Shown: positions 47,297 to 58,803 of the stretch, piece after piece | Layout of the letters: each line of letters opens with the position of its first letter | Position numbering within the stretch: the first letter of the stretch is position 1 | IMG/VR virus record: IMGVR_UViG_3300032268_001483 | Location: 32,001-96,000 of that record | Reading direction: 5' to 3' (one strand) | From: a virus | DNA: 64,000 nucleotides | Translations under genes and position numbers: made by a program | Notes under the pieces: generated by a model | Database searches by the model: none | The model's input: only the letters and a program-made list of their open reading frames with translations | What the model was told of the DNA's origin: nothing

Positions 47297-50137
47297 ATGT
47301 CATACGCAACAAATAGTTTAGGTAATTATAGTGGTACAATAGTTTCATCTCCAATTAGACCCTTTGGACCGAACGAATATATTGCTACAGCTTACTCAAA
47401 TGAAATCAAAGGTGGTCATCACACCTATGAGTTTCTATCCGAAAGAGATGGTATAATTGAGTCTCGTAGAGACTGGGGTATGCTTGTAACAATTTACAAC
47501 GATCCAACATCTTCAAACAATAAAACTTACAAATTAGAGTATAATTATTATAATACCAATATTACAGATAATTTCAATTGGATTGAATATAATCCTACCG
47601 GAAATTTTAATTTAGGAAACACTGAATGGGTGGATTCAGTACAAGAAATCTCGACGAACCCATCTACTTTTACAGATGGTTATAGATATCTCGTGGATAA
47701 CTCAGCTTCTGGTCTTTTTTCTGGGCAAGATGGTAAAATTGCTCAATACTCTACACTACTTTCTGCTTTCACCTTTTTTGAACCACTATATGGAACCACA
47801 TTACGTGTTGATAACCTCCCAAATCTCGTTTATAAATACTCTGGCACCTTCTCATCCGGATTCTGGGGAGTCGAGATACAGAACGGTGTGAGGTATTTGA
47901 ATGCCACTTCACCTGATGGTATTACTTATTCGTCAATTTCTATACAATCACCTCTAAGAGATTATTCTGATTCTATTTATTATGTCAATTTTGCTGTTAC
48001 ATCATCCGGTACAGTTTCACTTTCAATTGATGGATTATCATTTTCCTATATCTATAAGGTTGAAAACAATAATTTGAATGGAGTCACATCCAATGATATT
48101 GTACCAGGTATTCAATATCAATTGATTTGGAACGGCATTTCTTTTCAAACTACACTACCCTCTTCATCAACTACTACTATAGGACCAGCAGAAGATGGTG
48201 ACTACACAGACGGTCTTTTTACGGATTTCACTACACTCACACCTATTGGTACACCGATTGATAGATTTAACGAGTTTTTTTTGAATTTAGTACCACTTTC
48301 TAGTCCAGCACTCTCATCTTGGGATGCTCAGGGCAGTTTTGTTGATGGTGGTTTGTCTTTTGATGATTCTACTTCTGGATCATTTTCATCAGCTACCTAT
48401 TCGCCTTATGGACCTGTATTGGCTGGATCCACTTTTTCTCAATCAGATAATTATTATAGACTAGGGATTATGTCAAAAACATCTCAACCTATAACGGGTA
48501 CACAATACTATAGTGATATTACTGGAACACTCAATATAAATGTTTTAGAAAGTACCCAATTGCCCTATCCATCTTATACTACTCATTCCTTCGGTTTTGC
48601 TGACTCAGGTACAATCTCACTTTTATTAAACGGTGTTACCATTTCTAGTTTCGGATTGACTGGAGGATCAGTTGATACTACTCTTTCAGGAGCTACATCT
48701 GGTTTGAATATTAGCGCGCCAACATCTTCGAGATTCCCATCAGGTAATTATTTTCAAAATTACCAGAATAGAACTGGGACTTACTTATTGAAGAGTGATT
48801 GTTCCCAAATAGTCTCTGGATATAATTATTTTTTTATACAACATGAAACAAATCTAAATAATTACATATTGAGCCAATTTGAATTCGTATCAGATGACTC
48901 TATACTAGATGTAACGGTTTCTGCCCCTGCGATAACTACTGCTGTGACTCCTTTTCAAAAATATATATCAGGGATATCTTATTTTACAAGTCCTGCTAAT
49001 TTTGTTTACACTGGTACAATACAGAATCTTTTTTCAAATACTTTTAATCAAGACAGTGATGCAGTAACCTACTTAGATTTATCAAATGAATTGTCTTCAT
49101 CCACTAATAGTGTAACATCGACAATTACTAATGGATACACAAGTAGTATAACAATACCAACTAACTATATACAAAAATTAATACCATCGGGTATAATCGA
49201 CCCAACTTCTACTATGTTGATTAACATGACATACTCTATCAATTCACAAATTAGGAGAATTAATGATAGTATAGGTTTCGGAGTGCAAGTTAAGCGTACA
49301 GTTCAGGGTACATTTAGTGGTGGTACAAGTTCCAGTGGTCCATATCAAACTACTAATTGGTTTTTTGATACAGTCAATCCAACTTCTACAACACATTCAG
49401 AAAATTTTGATGATGAGGACTTCAGATTGATTAATGGTAGTACAAAATATAACACGTACAATTTTACGAGTGATATATTTGTCGGAACCTGGTCTTCAAT
49501 TGCTAGCCTTATTTCTGATTCAAATCACAACAATGGTTTGCAAGTAATTAATGGATTGTTAATATATCCAAATTTCGATTTTTCTTTTCCTGGACCAGGT
49601 AATTCTTTTACTAACCCTAATTATGGATTGGGTAGTCCAAGAAATTATTCTAATTGCTTCTCGATTAGTTCGGGATTCGGTACCTATTCACTATCACCAG
49701 CGACTAACAATCGAACATATACCCGTTGGTTTTTTTTAGGATCATCCAATTTTAGTAAGGCTAAACTTATAATCACCCATGATAATGTGAGTTTTGTTAA
49801 TACCACACAGCCCCTATCTGGACCTGGTTCCTCAAATCCAAACACAGATGTTTGGGTCGAATTGAAACTTCCTTATGATTCGGGGGTTGTGCCGGGCGGA
49901 ACTGTTTCTTCTGGATCAGTTACTGGTTGGATTGATGCTACATTACCTTTCATCGGTAGTTATGAAGATGGTGATGGTTGTCTATCAGGTATTGTTCCAA
50001 CATCTAGTGGAGGGGAATGGTTAGTCGACTTTGGTATAAAGGGTACAGAGTTTTCTGGTGGATATGTACTATTAAGAATCACAGCCGGTCAAGATTGGAT
50101 AGGAAATATAAATTCGATATCGATTTTACCTGATTAA
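47297..50137 (+). CDS. Large virion structural/fibre protein
   Basis: 946 aa, Ser/Thr/Gly-rich. Confidence 0.6.
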   Translation: MSYATNSLGNYSGTIVSSPIRPFGPNEYIATAYSNEIKGGHHTYEFLSERDGIIESRRDWGMLVTIYNDPTSSNNKTYKLEYNYYNTNITDNFNWIEYNPTGNFNLGNTEWVDSVQEISTNPSTFTDGYRYLVDNSASGLFSGQDGKIAQYSTLLSAFTFFEPLYGTTLRVDNLPNLVYKYSGTFSSGFWGVEIQNGVRYLNATSPDGITYSSISIQSPLRDYSDSIYYVNFAVTSSGTVSLSIDGLSFSYIYKVENNNLNGVTSNDIVPGIQYQLIWNGISFQTTLPSSSTTTIGPAEDGDYTDGLFTDFTTLTPIGTPIDRFNEFFLNLVPLSSPALSSWDAQGSFVDGGLSFDDSTSGSFSSATYSPYGPVLAGSTFSQSDNYYRLGIMSKTSQPITGTQYYSDITGTLNINVLESTQLPYPSYTTHSFGFADSGTISLLLNGVTISSFGLTGGSVDTTLSGATSGLNISAPTSSRFPSGNYFQNYQNRTGTYLLKSDCSQIVSGYNYFFIQHETNLNNYILSQFEFVSDDSILDVTVSAPAITTAVTPFQKYISGISYFTSPANFVYTGTIQNLFSNTFNQDSDAVTYLDLSNELSSSTNSVTSTITNGYTSSITIPTNYIQKLIPSGIIDPTSTMLINMTYSINSQIRRINDSIGFGVQVKRTVQGTFSGGTSSSGPYQTTNWFFDTVNPTSTTHSENFDDEDFRLINGSTKYNTYNFTSDIFVGTWSSIASLISDSNHNNGLQVINGLLIYPNFDFSFPGPGNSFTNPNYGLGSPRNYSNCFSISSGFGTYSLSPATNNRTYTRWFFLGSSNFSKAKLIITHDNVSFVNTTQPLSGPGSSNPNTDVWVELKLPYDSGVVPGGTVSSGSVTGWIDATLPFIGSYEDGDGCLSGIVPTSSGGEWLVDFGIKGTEFSGGYVLLRITAGQDWIGNINSISILPD

Positions 50138-50209
50138 ATTCTCAATTAAATGGCGATTTGTAGAAAGTAATTTTTTATATATAAGAAAATATAAAATTAT
50201 TTATCTAAG

Positions 50210-52357
50210 ATGTCCTTGACTTTTTCGACTCAATCACAAATAGCTTTTAAAAATCTATCGGGTAAATCTCAAACTACACCGAATAAAGGATTATTGAATG
50301 AATTTTATGGATTTTCATTTAATCTACCTTCGAATCATATTTGGAGTAGTGATTTATCTGATGATCCTTCTTTATCCCAAATACAAGGATTAACTATCGA
50401 AGTTATTGCCGATTTAGAATTGATACCTGGTAGTAATGGACATTCATACTTATCAAAATGGCCCTCGTTAGTACCCTCCGGAATTGATGTCACTACTGGA
50501 ACTTCCTATTCTTATGGATTGGGTTTACTCACGGGTATTACAGCTGGTGATTCTCTTAAGAATGTGATTTCCCCTTACTTCGGTTTTTCTTATTCATCAA
50601 TCCCATATGTCACTTACCCGAACTTGAGAGTTGAATTTTTAGATAACCGAGATTGGATTTACCAATATAATTCTGGAATTTTTTACCAGGATTTAGTTGT
50701 TGGTTTGACACCCTCTAAAATAAAAGTATATCCGTACCTTGGTAACACTCTTAACTTATCAACAAGTTATGAAAATATAAGAGTTTCCGCAACAGGTACT
50801 AATGATTATTATTCTTTAGTTTCGAATCCAAATATATCAACTTATTCAACTAATTACTTATTTTTAGTCGATTTTGCTAACTCTAACACATCTGGAACAG
50901 TTTCTCTTAACATATCTGGTATAGGAACTTATAGTATAAAGAAGTTTACTAATTTAGGACTTCAGGATCCAACTGTTGGTGAAGTATTAGGGGCTACTTC
51001 TGGATTGATATATTATCTTACATTTGATGGTAATAACTTTCAACTATTTTCTGCAAATCCAGGACAATCTGGAGTTTCATATACAAAACCTAATCCTTCC
51101 CTATACTCAGTTGGTACAATTGATAAGGGTACTTCTTTTTATGATGTTAGTTTTCAGAACTTATTCACAGATTTGATATACGGTAACGAACTTGCTAATA
51201 TAAATACTTTCAATATAGTTGGAACATCAGGTTATATTGATTCTTTGGAGGTAGGAGATATTTTACCAACTTCAACTTATACTTTCAGTTGGGTTACTGA
51301 AAACAGCCTTCTTTTAGAAAATAATACAACCTCAATAGAAAGAGTAGGTGATAGTATACTAGGATTTAGTCTTACCAACTCAGGTCCTTTCGAATGGATA
51401 CTTTCGAGTACTATAAGCTACGGTTATACACAATCAGAATATTTTATTCTATCGGTTAAAAGAACCAACGGAACTATTATTAGTAAACCTCTACAGTTAG
51501 AATGGAGGTACCCTATCTATTTTGGTTCAACTAATTCTTCAAGTATCTCAGGAATTGATTTTCCTGGTATTTTTAATAAAGTTTTAGCAACGAATTCAAA
51601 TTTCGTGACTAATATTCCAAATTCTGGATATAAATACATTGCTATACCAGATGGTTTCTCCTCAATCTATTCTCTAACAGTTGAAGGTGTACCTTTGGCT
51701 ATGGCAGGGACTGCAAACGGATTTACTTATCAGGAGACTAAAATCGGAAATTATAACGGCACGATAAGTTCTATTTATCATGATAAGATATTTGTTACTA
51801 GTTCATTTGGTATAGGTAAGACTTACAGCCTATATAGAACTCTCAACATTATTAATTCCGATGTTGATGTAATTTCAAATGAGATTGCTGATAGCAACTT
51901 CGGATTGATTGTTGGTAGAGACGGCTTTTCTGGACCTATTGGACCTACAGGTCCTATCGGTCCAACTGGACCATCCGGTGGACCAGTAGGTCCAACTGGA
52001 TCAACTGGGGCTCAGGGGGCAACAGGAGCAACTGGAAATGTGACTGATGTTGGTATAAAATTCATTACCGATTCTTTTTATAGTTTAATTCTATCTGATG
52101 TAAACAAAGTCATATCTGTGAGTCAATCTTCTATAGGCACAATTTCTATACCAACTTACGCTGATGTTAATATAGCCACTGGCTCTCAGATTATGTTTAT
52201 TAATTGGACTGGGGCAACTCTTTCAGTCGGACCAACTTCTGGGGTAACACTATTGAGCGCTGATGGTGCGACTAAAATTAGAACACAATACTCTGCTGCA
52301 ACGTTACTGAATATGGGTACCGATGTATGGATATTAACTGGTGATATAACAATTTAA
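50210..52357 (+). CDS. Virion fibre protein with collagen-like Gly-X-Y repeat
   Basis: GPIGPTGPIGPTGPSGGPVGPTGSTGAQGATGATG near C-terminus. Confidence 0.75.
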   Translation: MSLTFSTQSQIAFKNLSGKSQTTPNKGLLNEFYGFSFNLPSNHIWSSDLSDDPSLSQIQGLTIEVIADLELIPGSNGHSYLSKWPSLVPSGIDVTTGTSYSYGLGLLTGITAGDSLKNVISPYFGFSYSSIPYVTYPNLRVEFLDNRDWIYQYNSGIFYQDLVVGLTPSKIKVYPYLGNTLNLSTSYENIRVSATGTNDYYSLVSNPNISTYSTNYLFLVDFANSNTSGTVSLNISGIGTYSIKKFTNLGLQDPTVGEVLGATSGLIYYLTFDGNNFQLFSANPGQSGVSYTKPNPSLYSVGTIDKGTSFYDVSFQNLFTDLIYGNELANINTFNIVGTSGYIDSLEVGDILPTSTYTFSWVTENSLLLENNTTSIERVGDSILGFSLTNSGPFEWILSSTISYGYTQSEYFILSVKRTNGTIISKPLQLEWRYPIYFGSTNSSSISGIDFPGIFNKVLATNSNFVTNIPNSGYKYIAIPDGFSSIYSLTVEGVPLAMAGTANGFTYQETKIGNYNGTISSIYHDKIFVTSSFGIGKTYSLYRTLNIINSDVDVISNEIADSNFGLIVGRDGFSGPIGPTGPIGPTGPSGGPVGPTGSTGAQGATGATGNVTDVGIKFITDSFYSLILSDVNKVISVSQSSIGTISIPTYADVNIATGSQIMFINWTGATLSVGPTSGVTLLSADGATKIRTQYSAATLLNMGTDVWILTGDITI

Positions 52358-52369
52358 TCTATAGTAATA

Positions 52370-53260
52370 ATGATAACCACATTAAATAATAGTATATCTA
52401 ATTCTATTTTAGATTTTGACGCTAGAGAATTCATTGATACTTGTGGAATTACAAGTTCCAATATTATAAGGAATATCAATGATTGTTTTAAAGAACTTAA
52501 ACGGTCGGGAATTTGGGATAGTATATATTATGGATTTGCGATGATATATTCTGGAACATCACAAAGTATGTTAGTGGATATAAAATCAAGGCAATCACTA
52601 AATTCTTACATACCGATATCTGGACCAACTACGAGTGCGACTTATTCAACTACTGGTATACAATATAATGGTGGGGAATTTCTTGCGATTGATAATATTC
52701 CTTTTGGTAACATTATAAATTCTGACTCTGCACCAGGTCATATTTCGATATACAACCGAACTGATTATAACTCACTTGGACTAACACTTAGCTCTAAACA
52801 TGGATATAGAGAAATCTTCGGTGGTTATGAACAATCATTCTCGTTTACAAATACAGGTGTTTCAGGTTCACTCTGGAATGCTGCTGGTCCGATGGGCTTC
52901 TCAGTAAGTAATACATCTGGATTCTTTCTATTTAGTAATGTGGATGACAACGATGGTATACCTGCTTCCATTTCAAATCCGTATAAATTTTATATGAGTA
53001 GAAACGGACAAATATTAGGTTCTCAATCTAGCGTAAAAAATTATCATACATTTGGTTCCAATATCGTAATTGGTGCCTTTACTGAAAATCTATTAATTTC
53101 TTTAGAATCAAGCTTTGATGAAATTTGTTGGTATTCGATAGGTTCTGGTTTCGGATCTGAATCTCAATACGGAAGACAAATTGATATAGAAAAACAAGAA
53201 ATATATTTTCAAATCATACAAAAATTACAAAAGTCTCTCAGTAGAGAAAAGGATACATAA
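52370..53260 (+). CDS. Virion-associated protein (lectin/LamG-like, tentative)
   Basis: 296 aa in structural block. Confidence 0.5.
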   Translation: MITTLNNSISNSILDFDAREFIDTCGITSSNIIRNINDCFKELKRSGIWDSIYYGFAMIYSGTSQSMLVDIKSRQSLNSYIPISGPTTSATYSTTGIQYNGGEFLAIDNIPFGNIINSDSAPGHISIYNRTDYNSLGLTLSSKHGYREIFGGYEQSFSFTNTGVSGSLWNAAGPMGFSVSNTSGFFLFSNVDDNDGIPASISNPYKFYMSRNGQILGSQSSVKNYHTFGSNIVIGAFTENLLISLESSFDEICWYSIGSGFGSESQYGRQIDIEKQEIYFQIIQKLQKSLSREKDT

Positions 53261-53282
53261 TTAAAATTTTATATATAATGTT

Positions 53283-53984
53283 ATGGGAATTAAATTAACA
53301 GGTTTAGTAACTACATATAGTCCAGATGACAATTATCCAGTAATCGATCCACTCTTAGGCATCGATGGCTTGAGATGTGTATCCTCAATATCTGATATGT
53401 ATAATATACCTTTGGAAAGGAGAAGGGGTGGTATGGTAGTTGGTATACAAAATCTAATTACTAATGATACAAATTATTATAAACTCAAACCAGGTGTTAC
53501 TTGGAGTGTTGGAACTTTATCTGTTACTGATTGGGATCCTTTTCTTATATCTGGAACTGGTTCGTCAAATTCAAATATAAGATATAACATTGCTTCTGAA
53601 ACTGTTATAGTTTCACCGAACGAACAATACCTTCTATATGGAAATCTGAACATCGGAACAGGAGGTGTTTTCGAGACATACGGACAGGCTGTAATTATTA
53701 ACGGTTCTATTCTTCTATCGGGAGATGGTACCTATTCTATTGGTGGGGCTGGGAGCATTCAGTATGTCAGCTTATCAACAACTTTAAAATACAGCGGTAC
53801 TTTTTCGGCTTCACCTGGTTCAACTGTAAGTATAAATCATGGACTTTCATCAGAAGATATTGTTTTATCTGTTAGAGATGGTAGTAACTTTGTTTATCCA
53901 AACATTGAAATAATTGATTCTAACAATATTTTGTTGACTTTATCCGGCACAGTAAGTAATGGAAAGATAAATATTTTAATATAA
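53283..53984 (+). CDS. Virion structural protein
   Basis: IPLERRRGGMVV module also in 47297; INHGLSSED..LSVRD tail. Confidence 0.55.
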   Translation: MGIKLTGLVTTYSPDDNYPVIDPLLGIDGLRCVSSISDMYNIPLERRRGGMVVGIQNLITNDTNYYKLKPGVTWSVGTLSVTDWDPFLISGTGSSNSNIRYNIASETVIVSPNEQYLLYGNLNIGTGGVFETYGQAVIINGSILLSGDGTYSIGGAGSIQYVSLSTTLKYSGTFSASPGSTVSINHGLSSEDIVLSVRDGSNFVYPNIEIIDSNNILLTLSGTVSNGKINILI

Positions 53985-53985
53985 A

Positions 53986-56900
53986 ATGGCTATTAATAAA
54001 CTACTATTTATACCTCAGTGGCACACAACAGGAACAGTATCAATTCCTGATGCAAATTTCAAAGCTCTATATCCCAAATCTGGTGATAGCCATTGGTATT
54101 TCGTAGACTCGGATGGTAGTGAGAAAAGAATTGAGACTGGTTTAGATATCAGAAATGGTATCACAACTACAACTTTAGCAACCTCGAGTGTTTTTAGAGC
54201 TAGGATCGACCTATCAATTGGTTCTGGATTAACCTTTTCTGGTAACTTTGCTGGATCCTCTGTAAGTGTATTCGGAGTAACTACTGATATGTTACAATCA
54301 ATTGGATCAGCAACATCTGGATATGTATTAACCTCGAATGGAGCATCATTTAATTGGGTAACGCCTTCGTCATTGGTTGCTGGTATAAGCGGAACTACTA
54401 ATAAAATTAGTAAATTCACCACACCAACTACACTTGGAAACTCTTTAATTACAGATGATGGTGTAAAGGTTGTTATAGGAGTTACACCTTCTTTTGCAGT
54501 TGGATTAGTCAATGTGGATGGTGATTTATATGTCAGTGGAGACTTATTCTTAACCGATAATAATAATGTTTATATAAGACATTCTAATGGAATTTTAGTG
54601 CAGTCTGACGAAAACATAACATTTAGAGATGAATTAGCTTACAATTATTTAGATATGAAAACGGATAACATCTCTTCTTATACGTTTTCAATTTTAAATC
54701 AGACTTTACTTTTAGGTGATAATGGTTCTTACAGTTATCTAGTTGCAAACGATATAAATAATGTTTCCTTTGGTTCCACCTTGTCTACAATGACTTATTC
54801 TATTCTATCTAATACACCTGGTGTGTTAAGAATAAAAGACACTAGTGAAGGTATAAATAAAGTTTTTGTATCCGATTCTCAGGGTTATGGTAGATGGCAA
54901 AATCTTAGTGCTGGGTCTGGTTTAACAGTTAGTGGTCTTACTTATTCTATAAGATTGGGTGGTACTGGGTTAACTTTTAGTTCAGGTAATTTGTTATTTG
55001 ACTATTCAATACTTGGATCTACACTCACTCAATCTTCTGGCACAATAAACTTGAGCAACAGTGGAGTACTTGCTGGTATTTACGGTACATCAAATCAACT
55101 TGTTAGTTTAACTATCGATTCTTATGGTAGAATTACTCAAGTTAATACATTTACATTTTCTGGACCAACTACTTCGGGTATCAGTAGTGCGGATAATGGA
55201 TTGTCATCCATCGCAAATGTAGTCATTCTAGGTGGTACATTATCTCAGAATACTGTCATAAATTCGGGAGGTTATGATTTAACCATCGGTGCAGATATTT
55301 TAACAATAACTGGTTCTGTTTTTGATGTAGAAGCGGATGGTTTGATTAGTTTAGATGCTGGTACTGGGTCGGTTCAAATACTAGCAGATGATACAATTAC
55401 AGTATCAGCTTCTTCCTCTATCGATTTGATTTCAACTGGAAGTTTGAATATTACTAAAAGTAATTTAATATCAAACAATCTTTTAAGTTTGTCATATGGG
55501 GTCGAGGAATTTATGGTTTTACTTTCAACTGACACCACATCATCATCCTATGGAGCAGTTGCTGCCGGGACATTTGCAACAATATTCGTAGTCAATGATG
55601 GTGTAAATGAGAGTAGAATAGACATTACATCCAATGCAAGTGTATTATCTAATGATGGGTCGACTGATAGTACAATTTTGATACAAGATCAGATTGCTAA
55701 TAAAGGAATGGTTTATGTAGATGACTACAGTTCGAATTTTACACCTTACTCACTAATTCACAAACAATACCTTGAAAATTATGTATCTAATAATCTAATT
55801 CCTACATCTTATTCTAAGGAGTTGATTTCTGGTGGTGCAATCTGGAACTCAGGTTTGACTTTTGATGTTTCTCAATTAACATACACATTTAATGGAAATA
55901 TACAGACTACAAATGGTGCAACACAAGTAACCTTTAATGTTGGTGATCCTACTTATAGTAGAATTGACGCTCTTGTAGTGAATGATGATTTGCCCTATGG
56001 ATTGGTATCTATACTTCAAGGAGTTGCCTCACCTTCTCCAATAACACCTGAAATACCAAGTAACGAACTTTTAGTACAATATGTCATTTTACCTAGTGGG
56101 GCTACATCATTATCATTTAATCAAGACTTCATTTATAATGAAAATACTGAATGGGTTGGGTCTGTTTATGATTTATCGGGCGCACTTGGTACCTTTAGTT
56201 TTACTTCTTCAAACCCAACTGCCTTTTCTGGAACATATTCTTTGAGTGGTACTGGTATAAATAGAAAAAGATCAACAAGATTCACAAGAGTTTCACCTAT
56301 ACTTTCAAGTGATTATAGCTCTATTTCTTTTACTGTATATTATCCTGCTGCATTACCCACTTCGAGATTCTTAACTTTGAGATTTTTGTTAGGTGGAGTT
56401 TATATTGGTAACTTAGTAAATGTAAATCCGACATTTGCTAGTGGAACCGTAACCGGTAGTTGGCAACAGGTAGTTATACCACTATATCTTTTTGGATTAA
56501 CAGGTAATATTGATGGTTTGGAATTTCAGTTAGCTGGTAGTAGGGACTCGGATGTTAGAGACTTCTCAATAGATTATGTTCAACTACAAAGTGGTATCAC
56601 ACCAACATATTTATCATCATCCTCTGGAACACTGATTAACTCCAACTCAGCTGGTGACGGATTAACTTTTTCTAGTGCTAGTTTTGGTGTGAATGTAAAC
56701 CCTGATTCACTAGAAATTACTGCCGATTATTTAAGGTTAAAGAACTCTATAACTGGAAACAGAAATTTCACAGGTGGAGTTACAATAAGTAATAATTTTT
56801 CAGTAACGGGTAGCACTACATTAGTTGGATTAACAGCATCAAAAGGTTATATTTCTGGTACTGGTTCTGACATATTGACTTTAACAAGTACAGGTACGGG

Positions 56901-57363
56901 TAGTACTATATTTAGAGTTCAAGGTAACAGCGGTGAATTATTTAGTATTGTTGATGGATTAACAGGCTCTCTATTCTCCGTAAATGATATATCTGGTTTA
57001 CCTATATTAGAAGTTTTCTCCGATGAAACAATTTTGATGGGAGATTATGCTGCTCCTTCATTGAATACGACATCTAAAATTACTTCTGTTACTGGTTCGA
57101 ACACTATTTACTCTATTGATAAAACTCTATACACAGGTGCATTTTTCGAATATACAGTTACAAAGGGAACAAATGCTAGAGCAGGTAGGATTATGTCTGT
57201 ATGGAATGGACTAACGGCTTCTTATACTGAAAATCAGACATCCGATATAGGTAGTACTTCAGATATTGTATTTGTTATAAGTGCAACTGGTAGTAGTGCT
57301 GTTTTATCCGCCTCAGCTTCATCGAATAACTGGATTATAAAAACAATCATAAGAAGTATTTAA
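53986..57363 (+). CDS. Large tail-fibre-like protein
   Basis: 1125 aa, Ser/Thr/Gly-rich; AGxGLT linkers; VQGNSGELFSIVDGLTGSLFSVNDISGLPILEVFSD. Confidence 0.65.
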   Translation: MAINKLLFIPQWHTTGTVSIPDANFKALYPKSGDSHWYFVDSDGSEKRIETGLDIRNGITTTTLATSSVFRARIDLSIGSGLTFSGNFAGSSVSVFGVTTDMLQSIGSATSGYVLTSNGASFNWVTPSSLVAGISGTTNKISKFTTPTTLGNSLITDDGVKVVIGVTPSFAVGLVNVDGDLYVSGDLFLTDNNNVYIRHSNGILVQSDENITFRDELAYNYLDMKTDNISSYTFSILNQTLLLGDNGSYSYLVANDINNVSFGSTLSTMTYSILSNTPGVLRIKDTSEGINKVFVSDSQGYGRWQNLSAGSGLTVSGLTYSIRLGGTGLTFSSGNLLFDYSILGSTLTQSSGTINLSNSGVLAGIYGTSNQLVSLTIDSYGRITQVNTFTFSGPTTSGISSADNGLSSIANVVILGGTLSQNTVINSGGYDLTIGADILTITGSVFDVEADGLISLDAGTGSVQILADDTITVSASSSIDLISTGSLNITKSNLISNNLLSLSYGVEEFMVLLSTDTTSSSYGAVAAGTFATIFVVNDGVNESRIDITSNASVLSNDGSTDSTILIQDQIANKGMVYVDDYSSNFTPYSLIHKQYLENYVSNNLIPTSYSKELISGGAIWNSGLTFDVSQLTYTFNGNIQTTNGATQVTFNVGDPTYSRIDALVVNDDLPYGLVSILQGVASPSPITPEIPSNELLVQYVILPSGATSLSFNQDFIYNENTEWVGSVYDLSGALGTFSFTSSNPTAFSGTYSLSGTGINRKRSTRFTRVSPILSSDYSSISFTVYYPAALPTSRFLTLRFLLGGVYIGNLVNVNPTFASGTVTGSWQQVVIPLYLFGLTGNIDGLEFQLAGSRDSDVRDFSIDYVQLQSGITPTYLSSSSGTLINSNSAGDGLTFSSASFGVNVNPDSLEITADYLRLKNSITGNRNFTGGVTISNNFSVTGSTTLVGLTASKGYISGTGSDILTLTSTGTGSTIFRVQGNSGELFSIVDGLTGSLFSVNDISGLPILEVFSDETILMGDYAAPSLNTTSKITSVTGSNTIYSIDKTLYTGAFFEYTVTKGTNARAGRIMSVWNGLTASYTENQTSDIGSTSDIVFVISATGSSAVLSASASSNNWIIKTIIRSI

Positions 57364-57364
57364 T

Positions 57365-58069
57365 ATGCCTTTTCATTTTTCTCCAAAAATTGTAAATAAT
57401 GGATTGTCCTTGTGTTTCGATACCGCTAATACAAGAAGTTATTCAGGCACAGGTTCTAACTGGATAGATTTGGTTTCTCTTGATTATAGAGGAGTTCTCA
57501 CAAATAGTCCGATTTTTAATAGTTTAAATAGTGGTCATTTAATTTTTGACGGATTGAACGACTACGTTATTACAAATTATACTACGCCATTTGGTACAAG
57601 TAATTTAACTATCGGTTTGTGGATTTCCTATACCGATTCTCAACAAAGTGGAATTCTATCAAAAAGAACAAGTATAAACTTCGAACAATTAAGTATATTT
57701 ATAGGTGGTAATGTTAATGTGAGTACTGCTGGTACTAAAATAGTAATTAATGATTTCAATGGTGGTGTGAGTAGAAATGCAATTACTACCAATAGTTATA
57801 ATGACGGCTTATGGCATTATTTAGTTTTGGTTAGAGACACCAATGAAAACAGACTTTATATAGATAATCAATTAGTCTCAACTATAATCTCAACTAAACC
57901 CGATTTATCAAGTGCCACCACTTTATTTTTTGGTGTTGTGGGTAATGGAAATTCAGTTGCAGGATTTTATTTTAAAGGTAAACTTTCACTAATAAAACTC
58001 TACAATAGAGCACTATCGGTTAATGAAATACAACAAAATTATGACACACAAAAAACAAGATTTTCATAA
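57365..58069 (+). CDS. LamG/concanavalin A-like domain protein
   Basis: FDGLNDY, WHYLVLV..LYID, KLYNRALSVNEIQQNY. Confidence 0.85.
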   Translation: MPFHFSPKIVNNGLSLCFDTANTRSYSGTGSNWIDLVSLDYRGVLTNSPIFNSLNSGHLIFDGLNDYVITNYTTPFGTSNLTIGLWISYTDSQQSGILSKRTSINFEQLSIFIGGNVNVSTAGTKIVINDFNGGVSRNAITTNSYNDGLWHYLVLVRDTNENRLYIDNQLVSTIISTKPDLSSATTLFFGVVGNGNSVAGFYFKGKLSLIKLYNRALSVNEIQQNYDTQKTRFS

Positions 58070-58087
58070 ATATTAATTCTAAAACGG

Positions 58088-58786
58088 ATGAGTACATTAC
58101 AAAATGGTAGAATAGTAACTAATGGGTTAGTTTTTTATATGGATGCATCAAATAATAGGTGTTATTCTGGAACTGGTTCATCTTTTGAAGATATAAGTAA
58201 ATTTGAAAATAATGGTAGCTTGATAAATGGTGTATCTTATACTTCAGAATATTTGGGTGGATTTTCATTTGATGGAATTAATGATATGATAGATGTACCA
58301 TATAACGAATCAATTAACCCAGCCACCGCAGTTTCTATTAGCGCTGTTTTTAATGTCTCAGGGTTTTCTTCCTTTTACGGTCCAATTATCTTTAAACAAA
58401 ATGGTAGCTTAACAAACTATGAACAATACCAACTTGGTGTATATGGACTTGGACAACTCAGATTTTACGTCACTAGCCCTGGACTTACACAAACTTTCAC
58501 CTCTGTAAATAATGTATTCAATAATGTTATACATGCTGTTGGTACTTGCGATAGTACTACTGACAGAATGGACCTATATGTAAATGGTGAATTAGTTGAC
58601 TCCAAAACATTTTCATTCACATTTTTTACATCAAGTAATGCTGTAAATATTGGAGCGGTAACAATTTCATCGTTCAGTGGTTATACATCAGGGAAAATAT
58701 ATCAGGCACTTATTTATGATAGAGCTCTTACAGTGGAAGAAGTCAAACAGAATTACCAATTTACAAAAACTAGATTTGGTTTATAA
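58088..58786 (+). CDS. LamG/concanavalin A-like domain protein (tandem paralogue)
   Basis: FDGINDM, LYVNGEL, IYDRALTVEEVKQNY. Confidence 0.85.
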   Translation: MSTLQNGRIVTNGLVFYMDASNNRCYSGTGSSFEDISKFENNGSLINGVSYTSEYLGGFSFDGINDMIDVPYNESINPATAVSISAVFNVSGFSSFYGPIIFKQNGSLTNYEQYQLGVYGLGQLRFYVTSPGLTQTFTSVNNVFNNVIHAVGTCDSTTDRMDLYVNGELVDSKTFSFTFFTSSNAVNIGAVTISSFSGYTSGKIYQALIYDRALTVEEVKQNYQFTKTRFGL

Positions 58787-58803
58787 AAAAAAAATAATTT
58801 AAA

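Noticed and set aside
51920-52040. GC-rich repetitive stretch
   Set aside because: Explained by collagen-like Gly-X-Y codons in the fibre gene.
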